A DNA stretch of 61,420 nt, the filler included, from Choristocarpus tenellus KU-1152 (Eukaryota; Protista; Phaeophyceae), in the NCBI GenBank assembly GCA_964200185.2. It is 12 parts of 12 records of this genome, joined end to end, with 100 filler letters (N's around TTAATTAATTAA, not from the genome) between each part and the next. Parts side by side here need not be neighbours in the genome. Positions count along the whole stretch, not along the records: positions 24,891 to 28,012 come from CAXNAD020022168.1; positions 28,113 to 34,986 come from CAXNAD020007168.1; positions 35,087 to 39,785 come from CAXNAD020013415.1; positions 39,886 to 47,969 come from CAXNAD020005175.1; 8 more parts are not named here. One strand, written 5' to 3'. Below, piece after piece: positions 27,995 through 40,946 of this stretch (position 1 is the first letter of the stretch; each line of letters opens with the position of its first letter). The position numbers and the translations under genes were made by a program. The notes beneath the pieces are model-generated. The model did no database searches. It was not told where the DNA came from and worked only from the letters and a program-made list of their open reading frames with translations.

Positions 27995-29639
27995 GGGGGG
28001 GCGGAGGTTTTTNNNNNNNNNNNNNNNNNNNNNNNNNNNNNNNNNNNNNNNNNNNNTTAATTAATTAANNNNNNNNNNNNNNNNNNNNNNNNNNNNNNNN
28101 NNNNNNNNNNNNATTTGACTTGGCATTGATTGTCTGGTTCAGAAGCCTGGGCCCCCATGAGTGAGCCCTGTTCAGCAGGTGACAACATCGCATAAATGGG
28201 AAATAATGGAACGAGAATGGATAGACAACAACGCACATGTTATCTGGGTGAAGATGGTCTCTTCTGGTGTCAAAATCGTCCTTAAATGCACGGGGGCGCG
28301 CCGCGCGCATACTACTTGATTTAAGTATGATCCTGTATTTCTTACGATTACCTCCAGTTGACCAACCGAAACCTATCAAATAAACTTACACATGATTATG
28401 CGATTACAACAAACGAATTTCCATGAAAAAATTCGTTGTTGATCAAAAGTTATGGCAGAACAAAGTTGATGGAGGAGGTGATTGTTAACAGTGTAACATC
28501 AACGAAGCTCCATAGAAAGGTGAAAAATACTGAAAATGAGAATAGTTACCAAACATTTGGGGAAATATTTCTCAACTCTTTGAGGTGTTTAATATATAGT
28601 ATAAACAATTAATTTTGTGGAAGAGATTCTTAAGTACTACAACAATTAATTACTTTCGTACTTGAACATGAACTTTTCAGAAGATCATTATGTTGATTTT
28701 TATAGGGTCAAGTCTTCCTTGGAATACGAATACAATGTTTGCTGATAGTTCAGCATCTACAAGAATCTTAATCACATGTATCGCCCCACAAATATTCGCG
28801 TTTGTTGAAAGCACCCTATCATAACACGACTGGTAATTCTGAACACTTCCCACGACTGATTGGACCCTACCTCACCTCACGACAGTGGTACTCACGCCAA
28901 CAACCTAAAGGGGAGTTCACCAAGTTAGAAGTCCATATCATGGCAACATCAACCAAAGATGTGGCTGAAGACAAGTACGAGTTCGAGGATGCAAAGGCAA
29001 TACTCAACCTTCTCTAAATAAGATCTTGTCTCACCTCCACCAAACCCTTCTGGTACATCCGGAATCTTGATGACTGATGTAGTCGAAGGTATACCCTGGG
29101 AGACTCACAGAAGCAAGAAAGGGAGGCGACAGACAAACCAGTGCCCCTTTCCATTTTGATACACCAATAATGGGGGTATCGGTTCTGTGGTTCGGGGCGA
29201 AATTGGAGAGGAATATGAAGTCTTGCTGAAGGTCATAGAGGATCATGCTAGTCAGCACTAGTCCGAGACTTGATACGTGGCAGCCTTCATGATTTCGCAC
29301 TTCATCTCAATCCTGACAGTGGACCCTACCTCACAACATATATATTGTTATGCCCTCTGACATTTTCCAGATGTTTCGGGGGAATAACCAATGAAAGCCA
29401 ATTCAATATCAGAACCCCTGAATTTTTATTATTATGCGCGCTGACATTTTGAAGATGTGTTAAGGGGAAACCCCTGTTTGTATATCCTAAATTCTAAATT
29501 TCTATTTAAAGTACAAAATATATTATATTTAGTGATATTGCTGTATTATATTTTATTGTTTTACTTTGAATATTATTATTATAAATTTTATATAAAATAC
29601 GTTGCTGGGTGTTCGAGGTGATAGAAAAAAAGGAACAGA

Positions 29640-29919
29640 TAGACTGGGCAGGCAGTGGACATGGACCAGGACAATCCTTTGTGGACATGGTCCGAATATT
29701 TCAGAGAATGCTTGACCTGGCGGCGGACATGGACCGGTTCAATACCTGGTGGATATGAACCAGGACATATTAAATGATTCTGCGACCGGTTCAGACATGA
29801 ACATGGACCGGTTCGATTCCTAGTGGACATGGACTGGGACATGTAAAATAATTGTGGGACCAGTCCAGTCAATTGTGAACCGAACGTTTTTTAATTTGCT
29901 GGCCCAGTAAAAAGCCCTG
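29640..29919 (-). mobile_element. Partial inverted copy of the CAGGGCTTTT hAT-like element
   Basis: The reverse complement matches ~3997-4330, including the TIR and GTCCATG repeats. Confidence 0.65.
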
Positions 29920-31078
29920 GGATTATTGGATAAACAAGTTGTCTATGGTTGACATTCGAGATCTGAATGAATGTGCGTTGTTAGTTACGTAGTATGCTCT
30001 CCCACTTGATTTATGCTCCAATAATGCGTTGTGCAATGACTATTGAGGAGCACTTTACTGCCAGAATGTACCACCTAACAAATACTCTGTAGTTGCCACA
30101 TTTAGTACAATCTCTTCTTTTTTGGGGGGTATTTGTAACCTCGCCTTTCTTCCCTTTGATACGTTTTCACCCTACTGCTAGTACTTGTATGACTCTTGAG
30201 CAAGAAGAGGGTTCCCTTCCAGTCCCAGCCTTAGAATTCCCAATTGGAGGTCATCCTGTCCCCTTCCTGTTTGCCAGAGCACGCATGGCATTGTCCACCT
30301 CCCCTATTGGATGCTCATCAGGAAGTGGCAGGTTGTGATGCTGATGAGGTGAAGTAAAATACTACTCCAAATATGCTTAAGGATGAATGAGAACACAAAC
30401 ACTTCACGTCTACTTTCATGTAAAAGTCGTTGCTGGCATTGACATGTCCAACAGGGCTTACTCTCTTCGCGAGGAACCCAATCATGACGGCTTGCGATGT
30501 AATTTGTACTTATGGGGGGATATCATTTGACTGAGAGTACACATCGTCTTGATTGGTAGCGTATTTTTTGGTGAGTGCACCCACCGTCACTCTCTTCCTA
30601 AATGGTGTTAATATCATGTCTATGGTGTGGTAGCTACCTTCAATATGATATGCCCTTGATTTGTAAGGTATACTTCAGAGTATGTTCCTTCTGATGACAT
30701 CAGGATCAGGGTGTTGAGTGGAAGTTTTTCCCTACTCAATGACTTTCTTGGTCACTTCTCTTCTGAGTGACCTTGGGCATGACTGCCCTTTCTCATTGTC
30801 TCTCTCCCCTCCACATCTTCATTCAGAAGAGTGTGGGTGTTGGATGAATCCATCTATTTCACAATAATGGACTGATCTTGAAAAATATATATGGATGGAC
30901 GGGTGGATGGATGATGGATGCCTGATTGAACAACCTCACATCTCTCACTATACCTGCACTCATGATGTTGTTGATTGACTCAAGTTCCAACAGTGTGGGT
31001 GGGGACTAGAAAGCTAACTGTGGCGAGGTCAAGCGCAGTCAATATATATATATATATATCAAAAGACTCGTGAGTTCG

Positions 31079-32383
31079 ATGTTGCAGCTCTTGCCTGCGT
31101 ACGTGCCAACTGGAGATGTGGTCTCTGGGTCTCTGTCTATTGCATCCAAGGTCCACAGTCACAACATGCACATGCAGCGGCTGCGATGTCTGCGACTATG
31201 GGGCATGTCGAGCTTAAAATGCTCCGGAATTAGTAGCGATGTGGTGGAGAAGAAGGAAACCGGAGATACTATTATAGGTAAGGTCCGTCTTGATATCGCC
31301 CACCAGAAGCATATTTTCTTGAAAGACATCCTGAAGAAGAAAGAGACCAACGACTGGGCTGGGGCGCAGAAGGCCCTGGCTAAAGCCAAGGCCAATGGCA
31401 TGCCAGTAAACCTATTCATGTACAATAGCTGCATTAACGTGATCGCAAAAAGCAAGAGGTGGAAGGAGACTTTGGCATTGATGGACGAAATGAGGGCGAC
31501 AGGGATTGAGCCAGATGATTTCACTTATGGTGTTGCCATCAAGGCCTGTATAGATTCGGGGGAGGGGGAACGCGGTCTATCGCTACTAGATGAGATGCTA
31601 GCAAAGAGGATGACCCCCAGCGCGTACACCTACAGCTCAGCCATCAAAGCCTGCGGGGACGGAGGGCATTGGGAGCGTGCTCAGTTATTGCTCAAGGAAA
31701 TGCAGGTCAAGGGAGTCAAAACAGACGTTTATAACTACAGCACAGCCATCAAAGCTTGTGCAGAAGGCGCACAGTGGGAACGCGCTCTGCTGTTATTGAA
31801 GGAGATGGACGTCGAAGGGATTACCCCGAACGCATACTGCTACAATGCGGCACTCTTAGCCTGCGAAATTGTGGGGAAGTGGGAGTCGGTTCTCTCGTTA
31901 CTAGACGATATGAAGGCGAAAGGAGTTGCACCGGACATGTACACCTGCCGATTGAGTGTGAAGGTGTGCATGGACAAGGGAAAGTGGGAAAATACTCTGT
32001 TGGTGCTGGAAAAGGTGAAGTCGATGGGAGTCACTCCTAACAAGTTTACATACAGCATGATCATCAAGGCGTGCGGGGATGGGGGGCAGTGGGAACGTGC
32101 TCTGTTGTTACTGAAAGAGATGCAAGTGAATGGTGTTGACCCTGATGTTGTGACGTATAGCACGGTCCTCAAAGCTTGCGGGGATGGGGGGCAGTGGAAA
32201 CTAGTTTTGTTGTTGCTGGATGACATGGAGGCTGCAGGCGTTCGTCCTAACGAAATCACCTACACAATTGCAGTGGTATCATGTAAGCAGGCAGGTCAAG
32301 TGGAAGCTGCAGAAATGCTGGAGAAGAAAATGAAGGCCTCCAGGCGGAAAAAGGCGATATTTTCAGCTAATGTAGGCGCCTGA
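31079..32383 (+). CDS. Pentatricopeptide repeat (P-class PPR) protein, intronless CDS
   Basis: About 9-10 tandem 35-aa repeats (TYxxAIKAC..G.WE.AL.LL.EM...G..P[D/N]). The start may be ATG 31166 or 31172 (MQRLRCLRLWGMSS, mitochondrial-transit-like). Confidence 0.92.
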   Translation: MLQLLPAYVPTGDVVSGSLSIASKVHSHNMHMQRLRCLRLWGMSSLKCSGISSDVVEKKETGDTIIGKVRLDIAHQKHIFLKDILKKKETNDWAGAQKALAKAKANGMPVNLFMYNSCINVIAKSKRWKETLALMDEMRATGIEPDDFTYGVAIKACIDSGEGERGLSLLDEMLAKRMTPSAYTYSSAIKACGDGGHWERAQLLLKEMQVKGVKTDVYNYSTAIKACAEGAQWERALLLLKEMDVEGITPNAYCYNAALLACEIVGKWESVLSLLDDMKAKGVAPDMYTCRLSVKVCMDKGKWENTLLVLEKVKSMGVTPNKFTYSMIIKACGDGGQWERALLLLKEMQVNGVDPDVVTYSTVLKACGDGGQWKLVLLLLDDMEAAGVRPNEITYTIAVVSCKQAGQVEAAEMLEKKMKASRRKKAIFSANVGA

Positions 32384-35300
32384 GTGTGTTCAGGTTAGCA
32401 CTTCCATTTTGGTGAGATGTAAAGCAGTGATTGTGCAATCAAATCATCCTCAAGGGCTATTTGACTTGTGTTTTAAGAAATTTTATCAATTTTTGACCTG
32501 CTGGTTGGGGGTTTTCGATAGAGAGACACTGGCAGAGGTAGTGGTGGCGCTAGCAAAAAGTCACCACAGAATTTTGTTGATTACATGGTCTTTTTTTGCT
32601 TTACATGCGAACTTGAACCCTTGGCTTTTCATTGGCAAGGCGTGTTGTTGGGGGTGCAACTTAAGACACCTCTGATCAGAATTGCATACACAAAATGATA
32701 CAGTACCCTTCCTGTTTTTGGTTACACAGGAGATTCATTTCAACTAAATCAATGAGGTGGTGAATGTTTCAAGATACTCTTTAGTGAAGTACTTTTTCAT
32801 CCCATGCATATCTCTTGCCCCACTTAATTCCTCCATTGTACCTTCCACAGCTGGCAATGGTAACATGCTGTTCAATTGAGGAACGCAAAGCATTTTGTTA
32901 AATGGTGCATTCCCTCTCGTGCCAGAGTGGAAGTGATGGTCACAGTAGATAACCATGGCCATACTCACATTTTTTAACTTCCAGCATAAGTGTATGCTTA
33001 TCAAACCAGCCCCCTGCTACACCCACAACATTCCATCCCCCTTGTTCCCCCTTCCTTTCAGTCACCTTAGTCTTTGATAAAGTTATAAACTGAGAGTGTT
33101 TAGTGAAATACTTAAGAGTTAGTCAAAATAACTCCCATGATAAAAGCTGTTAAAAACAGTGCTAAGCCATTTAGGGCAAAAAACAAAAAAAATGTCATTG
33201 TTTCATGCATTTGATACTTAAGCTGAACCTATACGATACCCTTGTCCTTCAACCTTTCCAAGCTGCTTCACTCCTTGGTATTACTTTGCACCATACCAGA
33301 TACCATTGATGGTATCAATATAACTATATGTGCAAAATATTATCATCCACTGTTCTTTTTTGTTGATATCGATGTTGTTGCAATGGAGTGCCTGACCCTG
33401 TTCTAGGTTGGGCCAGCAACATATCATTTCAAGTTCCACCTATTATTTATGGAATAGACTTGACCATGTGATCTGCACCATTCAATCTTTGAGGCCATTC
33501 TTAAAACCATTCAGAACAATGGTCATCTCCACCAAATCAAATAGCTTGCTGGAATTAGTACACAACTGTGGCATTCTAAAACCATGAGATATTATCAATC
33601 AACCATTTTTTCAGATTTGCTTACTACCCCGGAAAATCTCATAGTTGGACGAGTCATTACTATGAATCCTCACAGAACCAATGATTGCTCAAAAAAGGAA
33701 GCATAATAAAATGACCAATGCTCCTACATGCAGTCTACACATCCAGTGTACGATGTATGCTCTGTATTTTTGTTGTTTTGGTACTGTGAAGGATGTGATT
33801 GATGTGCCTAGATTTGCACCTTTCTTGTGTTGGTATTGTAACTTTTGCATTCTATGTTTTTGTGCTCGTGTAACTGCAGCATGATAATGTGTAAAATTCT
33901 TTGATTTGTGGTTCATTAAGCTAAGACGGGCTTTACCGCATCCCAAGCGATTTTGTGTAAGAATTGAATGTCTTCTGTTGTGGGGGGGAAATTAGTCAAC
34001 TACAATGGGTAGGTAAGTACTCTTGTTTCTGTATTGTGCAATAGGAGGGTAGGGTAAGATATCCAGGGGATATCCCAGCGCCATTTTGTGTATCTTGCCG
34101 GAAAGGGTGGGCATCATTAATCTTTCATCACATGAGATGGTCTTCTTCCTGAAGCCACTGTGAAGGAGGCAATTTCATCCTTCTTGAACTCGAAGTCTCC
34201 AGCAATCCTTACTTGAAGCCAGGGTCCAAACTCAGTGCCCATTCGTGGACCGTTCTTCTTTCACAAGATATGCTATAGCAATAAATCTATTAAGACCCCA
34301 TTCCTGATGTATGCCATCTGCTAGAGAGCAAAAGTGCACTCTGTTATTGTCAAACACTAGTTGCTTTTCATGCGGGTTTACTAGTGCTTAGGTAGGCTTG
34401 CTGACTGACCACTAACTGGGTTAGTTGGTGCCTGCTTTCCCTTCTTGCTGACAGTCTGTCTACTTGGCAATCCTGCATGTAAACTTCCCTCTCTGCATCA
34501 CACTAATACACCAAGCAACAGTTGGGCACATTCTTTGCTTGGTGCTGCTCACCCACCGCTTGACCTCAGCGCGGAATGGGATAGTTGGCACAACACTGGG
34601 ACATCTCCTATACTTGAATAAATTACTACTACCTACTGCATATGCTACAAGAACCTCATAAAGGTTAAGGGTGATGCGTACGTGCATCCCTTTACTTTGA
34701 TCAAGACATTTTGATTGGTCAGCAATCTACTTCACACGTTACTCACATGCTTTTATAAGCTCTGCTGCTTGTAATGAATGTATGTGCTTCGATGCGCTGT
34801 TTGGTGTGGCTAGATTGGCGACCACTATGAACATGCCTCTCACTTGCGCACATTGCAACTTTGCCAATATTAATGAATGGAACTGATGTGAACCAAGCGA
34901 TGAAGAAGGAGAAGGGTCTGCTTTGGTGTCTTGACATTCTTTAATGTCCTGTATCATCTCCTGCAGTTGTAGGGCGTAGTGTTGAANNNNNNNNNNNNNN
35001 NNNNNNNNNNNNNNNNNNNNNNNNNNNNNNTTAATTAATTAANNNNNNNNNNNNNNNNNNNNNNNNNNNNNNNNNNNNNNNNNNNNAAAGGACACCCCCC
35101 CCCCCCCCCCAGATACTTTGAGCCAAATATAGTAGACAATATAGCAAGATGTGAAAAACTATGGAGGAATTATGTAAAGGAAAACTAACATCAAAAATTT
35201 GTGTTCAAAATCGAAGATGAGTTTTTATTTTTGTGGTAGTCCATAATATTAGTTCCCCCTTTTGGAAGAAAAAATGTAACATAATGTTTTCAAGCTCTGT

Positions 35301-35539
35301 TCTCGCCTAGGAATGACCCACATGAGAAACCTTTGGACGAGGGTTAGTTATCATATAGATTGGGAGGCGTGCATAGTTTTACTTGTTGGGCTGTCGTGAC
35401 TGTGGGGGATCACCAGTACAAAGTCAACCAAGTTGCATTTGATGGAGTTGGTGGCTCGTTCATCCCATCTTCACCTGTGGGTCCCAATTCTTCAGCTCAG
35501 AAGTTTATCCAGGATCTAGACTCAAACACCCCAATGAAC

Positions 35540-35770
35540 AGCATGGTGGTGCGCTCAGTGCTCCAGCAAACACCGCCTCAAGGGCACCAAGGTGCTTGTG
35601 CCAGACACGGTGGACGGGGAGAGGGTATAAGAAGCTCGTGATTGAGGATGTCATACCAGGAATCAAGGCCTGCACGCATGCTTTGGGCGGAAGGATACAT
35701 CATCTTCATGCAGGATGATAGGGCAACAACACACACCAATTAGGGGTTCGTGGAGTCAGTCAAAGAGGCG
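35540..35770 (+). pseudogene. Degenerate DD39D-like mariner transposase fragment
   Basis: Frameshifted SKHRLKGTKVLVPDTVDGE.YKKLVIEDVIPGIKA...IFMQDD.ATTH, matching the same region of 40161-41445. Confidence 0.5.
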
Positions 35771-35776
35771 GAAGGG

Positions 35777-36325
35777 GAGTGAAATTATCTTAAGAGGGTA
35801 TGAGTTTTGCCCTGTTTGTCCATTTGGGGCTTGACTTGCCATGGGTTTCTTGATGACATTTTCCTACTCCAAAATGTTTCGGAGTAGGTCAAATGTATAC
35901 GTTATAAAAAGGTGTGCCCAAAACAAGGATACTGACACTCCTAACAAACATATAGCACTGCCAATTTGATGTAATTCTGGCTATCATGTTCGTTAGGAAG
36001 TGTCAGTATCCGAGTGAAAGTATCTAAGTTTTGCCCTGTTTGTCAATTTGGAGCTTGGCTTCCCACAGGTTTTATATGATATTTTAACTACTCCGAAATG
36101 TTTCAGAGTAGGTATAATGTATACGTTATGAAAGGGCGTGTCCGCAACAAGAATGTTGACACTTCGTAACAAACACGATAGTCAAAAGTACATCAAAATC
36201 ATAACATTAGATTTTAGTCCCCAAATGGATACGGCTCTACCCTATAAGATACTTTGACTCATCCTTGTTTTGGACACACCTTTTCATAACGTATACATTT
36301 GACCTACTCCGAAACATTTTGGAGT
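35777..36325 (+). mobile_element. MITE family A foldback copy with a nested complete A copy (36012-36260, TSD ATCC)
   Basis: TIR GAGTGAAA(G/T)TATCT. The nested copy is flanked by ATCC/ATCC. 36261-36325 is the reverse complement of ~35866-35930. Confidence 0.85.
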
Positions 36326-36926
36326 AATGCTAGTCTCAGTGGAACAAGGAGAATCTTGGGCAATAGAATTGCACTCTCTAGGCACCATGCACACCTTTAG
36401 TATGCTTTAAGTAATATTGCATCCATGCACCAACGGCCTGCAGGGTTAGAAATTACTATAAATATATATATTACCTTACGCCCACATGGTAGATCAATGA
36501 GAGTTGCGTCCCTTCAAAATAGGGGCTGAAGTAGTAAGTGGTGGGGACAGGGAGGAGAAGGAATCGAGATGAGTACCAAAATTGAACATAGAAGCATTGT
36601 AATTCACGACACAAGGAACTACTTTTACTTACATCCTCTTCCAAGAGTCTGGAGAGCTGGTGGCCACTTCAATCCTGAGTACTCTTGCACCCTTACTCTT
36701 GCATGAAAGAGTGCATACATCAAACCCTGGCCTACCAATCTTGTTATACACATGGTGCAATGTCGCCACCTTTGCACCATTGCCTTGCCTGCCCGGAGAA
36801 ACGTGGATGATAAACCCTGACCAACAAGAAAATCTTGTCATCCACTTGGTGCATCACCACTGTCTCTGGAACTACCTGTCGCCCTACCACTCAGGGTATT
36901 CTGATTGCCATCAGGTTATACTGACA

Positions 36927-37184
36927 GAGTGAATGTATCTTAAAGGGTACGAGTTTTGCCCTATTTGTCCATTTGGGGCTTGGCTTCCCATGCTTTTTTT
37001 ATGACATTTTCCTAGTCAAAAACGATTTTGGAGTAGGAAAATGTATACGTTATGAATGGTGTGTCCGGAACAAGGATATTTGACACTTCCTAACAAACAT
37101 CATACCCAAAATTACATCAAAATCGCAACATTGGATTTTGCCCCCCAAATAGACGCGGCCCTACCCTCTAAGACCCTTCGGCTC
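36927..37184 (+). mobile_element. MITE family A (258 bp), TSD ACA
   Basis: GAGTGAATGTATCTTAAAGGGTACGAG...CTACCCTCTAAGACCCTTCGGCTC. Confidence 0.88.
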
Positions 37185-37442
37185 ACACTCCCCCCCTTCT
37201 GGCGATACGTTCTCGCATATTATACCCTATGACAGTGCAGCAGCTGAGACATGCATACCTGTTGCCAACCAACAACGGCCCAAATGACACGACCATGAGT
37301 GAGCATGAAGTGTATGGAAGAATGAGATGATGCATAGAAGAATAAACAGCAAAGGCCTTCATTTACTCTTCTTTTTTGTAGAATGTGAACATGCTATTTT
37401 AGATCCCTCCTGTGCTCTCCCTATCTACATCATTCCGCAAGC

Positions 37443-37698
37443 GAGTCAAAGTATCTTAGAGGGTACAGCTGCGTCCATTTGGGGACCAAAATCCAGTGTT
37501 GCAATTTTGATGTAATTGTGACTATCATGTTTGTTAGGAGATGTCAATTGAAATATACTTGTCTGGACACTCCTTTTCATAATGTATACATTTTACCCAC
37601 TCCGAAACGTTTTGGAGTAGGTAATAAAAACCCGTGGTAAGCCAAGCCCCACATGGACAAACAGGGCAAGAATCGTACCCTCTAAGATACTTTCATTC
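37443..37698 (-). mobile_element. MITE family A (256 bp), TSD AAGC
   Basis: GAGTCAAAGTATCTTAGAGGGTA...TACCCTCTAAGATACTTTCATTC flanked by AAGC/AAGC. Confidence 0.88.
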
Positions 37699-39885
37699 AA
37701 GCCACTGCAGGGATTGTAGTTGAAGAGGCTCAAGCTGTGTCCTCCATTGAGCTGCTCACACCTGAGCCAACATCTGGATCAACGAAATATATATCCCAAA
37801 TACCTTACATTTCCTTTCTGCTCTCACATTGCCCTCCTATATCACATTACCAAGCCCCCACCTCTCGGGTCAATACTCAGGGACCGCCCACATCCCGGGG
37901 GGTCACCGACCCATTAGACCTTGAAGAATCCCCACTCCAACTTCTTCCTTCAAGCTTAGTAGTAGTGAAGCCCAGTCAAATGGAGCATACTGCATGAAGC
38001 CTAAATGATCCAACACCTTCATTTCTGTAACTTCACTTTCTAGAACAAAACGGAAGTCGTATGACACTGTCAGAAGCACCACCGATTAATCTCCCCTAGA
38101 GATCATGCATATTTTTCTTGCAGCTCCTCCCTTTGTCCTTTTTTGGGAGATCTTTGTTTCAATGCTCACAAGTGCTTCGTCAGTCACAACCCATGATAGG
38201 ACAGATGGAGTTGATTTTTACGAGAACTTATAAAACGTTCATTTTGGACAGAAGATTCTTGTACCCAAACTTGTTCAATTTTTTGTACTGATTCCGTGTA
38301 TTCTGGCCTGCGCTAAAGGAATCTTCTGCAGAAGGCTCAAGGTGTCCATGACGGGGGTTCATGCGTCCATTAGGAACCTTGTGTCCCTGTAGTGTTTTTC
38401 ATTTCACATAGAGGTGAAAGTGTCAGATGTATGGGCAGTTTCTTTCATCTGAACGCACACCGTCCTCTTGCATACCTCTCCCTGGGCTCAACTCAAAGGA
38501 AATTACCAGCAAAATGGTATCGATCTAGGGTGTTTTAAGGTATAACCCAATCAAGCCCTGAATGGAGGACCTTGGCTAAGCACTTCCCACCCTCTGGGAT
38601 AATATAGGCCGAATGTTCAGGTATTTACCCACAACTCCAGGCGAGAGAAATTGATTTTGTCAGTTCAACAGGGGGTGTTATATTAGTGTGGACAAGGGCA
38701 GGTTCAGTCAACACCATTTCTACCACAACATATTTAACTCGAAGACCTAAGCTTCTTACAATTTCTGACAGGTTGCCCCACGAATTAGGGAAAATGAGAA
38801 CAATAAACAAATCTTTGCTATGGAGATGAATTGAGAGAGAGGTGGGTAGAGAAACAGCTACTGGGTCTGATGAGATGCAGCGCATACCATCACATCAAGG
38901 TCTCATACCATGGAAGCCCCACCTTATATACTGAGTAATATGGTTTGTACCCATTGTCAGACGGCAACACAAAAGGGAGATCAGAGGAAATATATATACA
39001 TCTTGCAAATGGAAGTAGACCAAACCATAGAAATCTTATTCAAGTGCAGAGAATTGTGAGGAAATGCACAAATCATACACACATATTCAAGAAGATCAAG
39101 GACAGTATAACTGAATCAGTCAAACACGTTCTTCTTACAGAAGGGAACGATATACTCACGTTCTCTTTCAAGATGATTCCCTGTGCACAATCAAATGGCG
39201 CAAGGCTCACCATGAGGACAGCATGGGTAGCCCACATACAAAAGATAGGGCAATTTACCTTCTGACGCCATTCACATCACATGTGTGTGTAGTGAGTATT
39301 GCACGGATCAGTGGACTTGATATATCCGACAGCGGAAGTCTAAGATACTATCACACGCAAATCTGCGAGGGATAATAGAAAATATCGTACTACTCCGAAA
39401 AAGAGCTCTGTAGTAGAGGCGTTTCGGCTTCCTCCAGAGCATAGCACCGTTAGAAGGCTGACGTTGACAGATTGCGACTGTCTAAAGTTCAAACAGATAC
39501 TGTGTTTCACGAATAATCTTAGTACCATCACGTCATTGCCCGTCCTTTTGAACAGCTTTGAGTTTGGCCGGTTGTGTACAGACATGGATGTATGTGGTCC
39601 CGGGCAGATTTCTTGTTCGGAACCACGATAATGTGGTGGCTTACGAATTGAGGTGATTCAGAGGTTATCAGGGTCTACTACTCTTAAGACTGAGACCTTA
39701 ATATGACCACCCACTCACTCTGTTTCCTCGTGACAGAGAATAGGGTCAAAGTATCTGGGGGGGGGCGGGGGGTTGTGAGGGGGCGNNNNNNNNNNNNNNN
39801 NNNNNNNNNNNNNNNNNNNNNNNNNNNNNTTAATTAATTAANNNNNNNNNNNNNNNNNNNNNNNNNNNNNNNNNNNNNNNNNNNN

Positions 39886-40125
39886 GGTACGAATTTTGTC
39901 CTGTTTGTCCATGTGGGGCTTGGCTTCCCATGAGTTTTTGTTTACATTTTTTACCTACTCCAAAATGTTTCAGAGTAGGTAAAATGTATATGTTATGAAA
40001 AGGAGTGTCCAGACAAGGATATTGACATCTCCTAAAAAATATATAGTCAAAATTACATCAAAATTGCATCATCAGATTTTGGTCCCCAAATGGACGCGAC
40101 TCTACCCTCTAAGATACTCTGGCTC
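39886..40125 (+). mobile_element. MITE family A (left end in gap), abutting the LTR-like repeat
   Basis: Ends TACCCTCTAAGATACTCTGGCTC, followed directly by ACTGTCCGATAGATTTGGAAGAGTCTAATCAAACA. Confidence 0.85.
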
Positions 40126-40218
40126 ACTGTCCGATAGATTTGGAAGAGTCTAATCAAACATCACATTCCCAAAGTGATGTTTATCTCCACTGTTTTGCGG
40201 CTGGATCCTCCCCATGAT

Positions 40219-40549
40219 GAGCGAAAGTATCTTGAAGGGTACGAGTTTTGCCCTGTTCGTCCATTTGAGGTTTGGCTTCCCACAGGTTCTTATGACATCT
40301 TAACTACTCCGAAATGTTCTGGAAGCGGATAAAATGTTCAGTTATGAAAATGGGTGTCCAGAACCAAGGATATTGACACTTTCCAACAAACACAATAATA
40401 GCCAAAATTTGATCCAAATCACAACATTGGATTTTGACCCCCAAATGGACGCGGTTTTGGGAGTAGGAAAAAAATGTCTTAAAAAAAAAAAAAGCCCATG
40501 GGCAAAAGCCAAGCCCCAAGCGGCTCTACCCTCTAAGATACTTCGACTC
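40219..40549 (+). mobile_element. MITE family A with an internal inverted self-fragment, TSD TGAT
   Basis: GAGCGAAAGTATCTTG...AAGATACTTCGACTC flanked by TGAT/TGAT. Confidence 0.88.
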
Positions 40550-40946
40550 TGATTTCAACCTCAAGATCGGGATCTGGTGTGTTTGTGTCACAAAGGAGGC
40601 ACAACGGATTGCAGCGCGGCAAACAAAGGGTGAGGAGTATGACGTCGACTTCAACGTCAACACCAAGTACCTGGAGTGGTACACAGAGCAGCTATTGCCG
40701 CCGATCAAGGAAAAGATGCCGTGGCTGGAATCAGGGGGGGCTTCCATATAGCAGGACAGCGCGACCCTTCATACAGGCAATGGCACGGTACAGAAGCTGA
40801 ACGCAGCAGGGATGGAGGAGGGATGGAACATTAAGCTCGTGACAGAGCCAGTGCAGTCGCCAGATCTCAACGTCATTGATTTGGGGGGGGGTTGCATCTC
40901 TGAAGAGCAGGTTTGGGGCGGAGCGTTACGGCACCGTTGATGAACT

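Noticed and set aside
32700-34986. Possible decayed transposase on the minus strand
   Set aside because: Coding-like composition, but I could not identify a motif with confidence.
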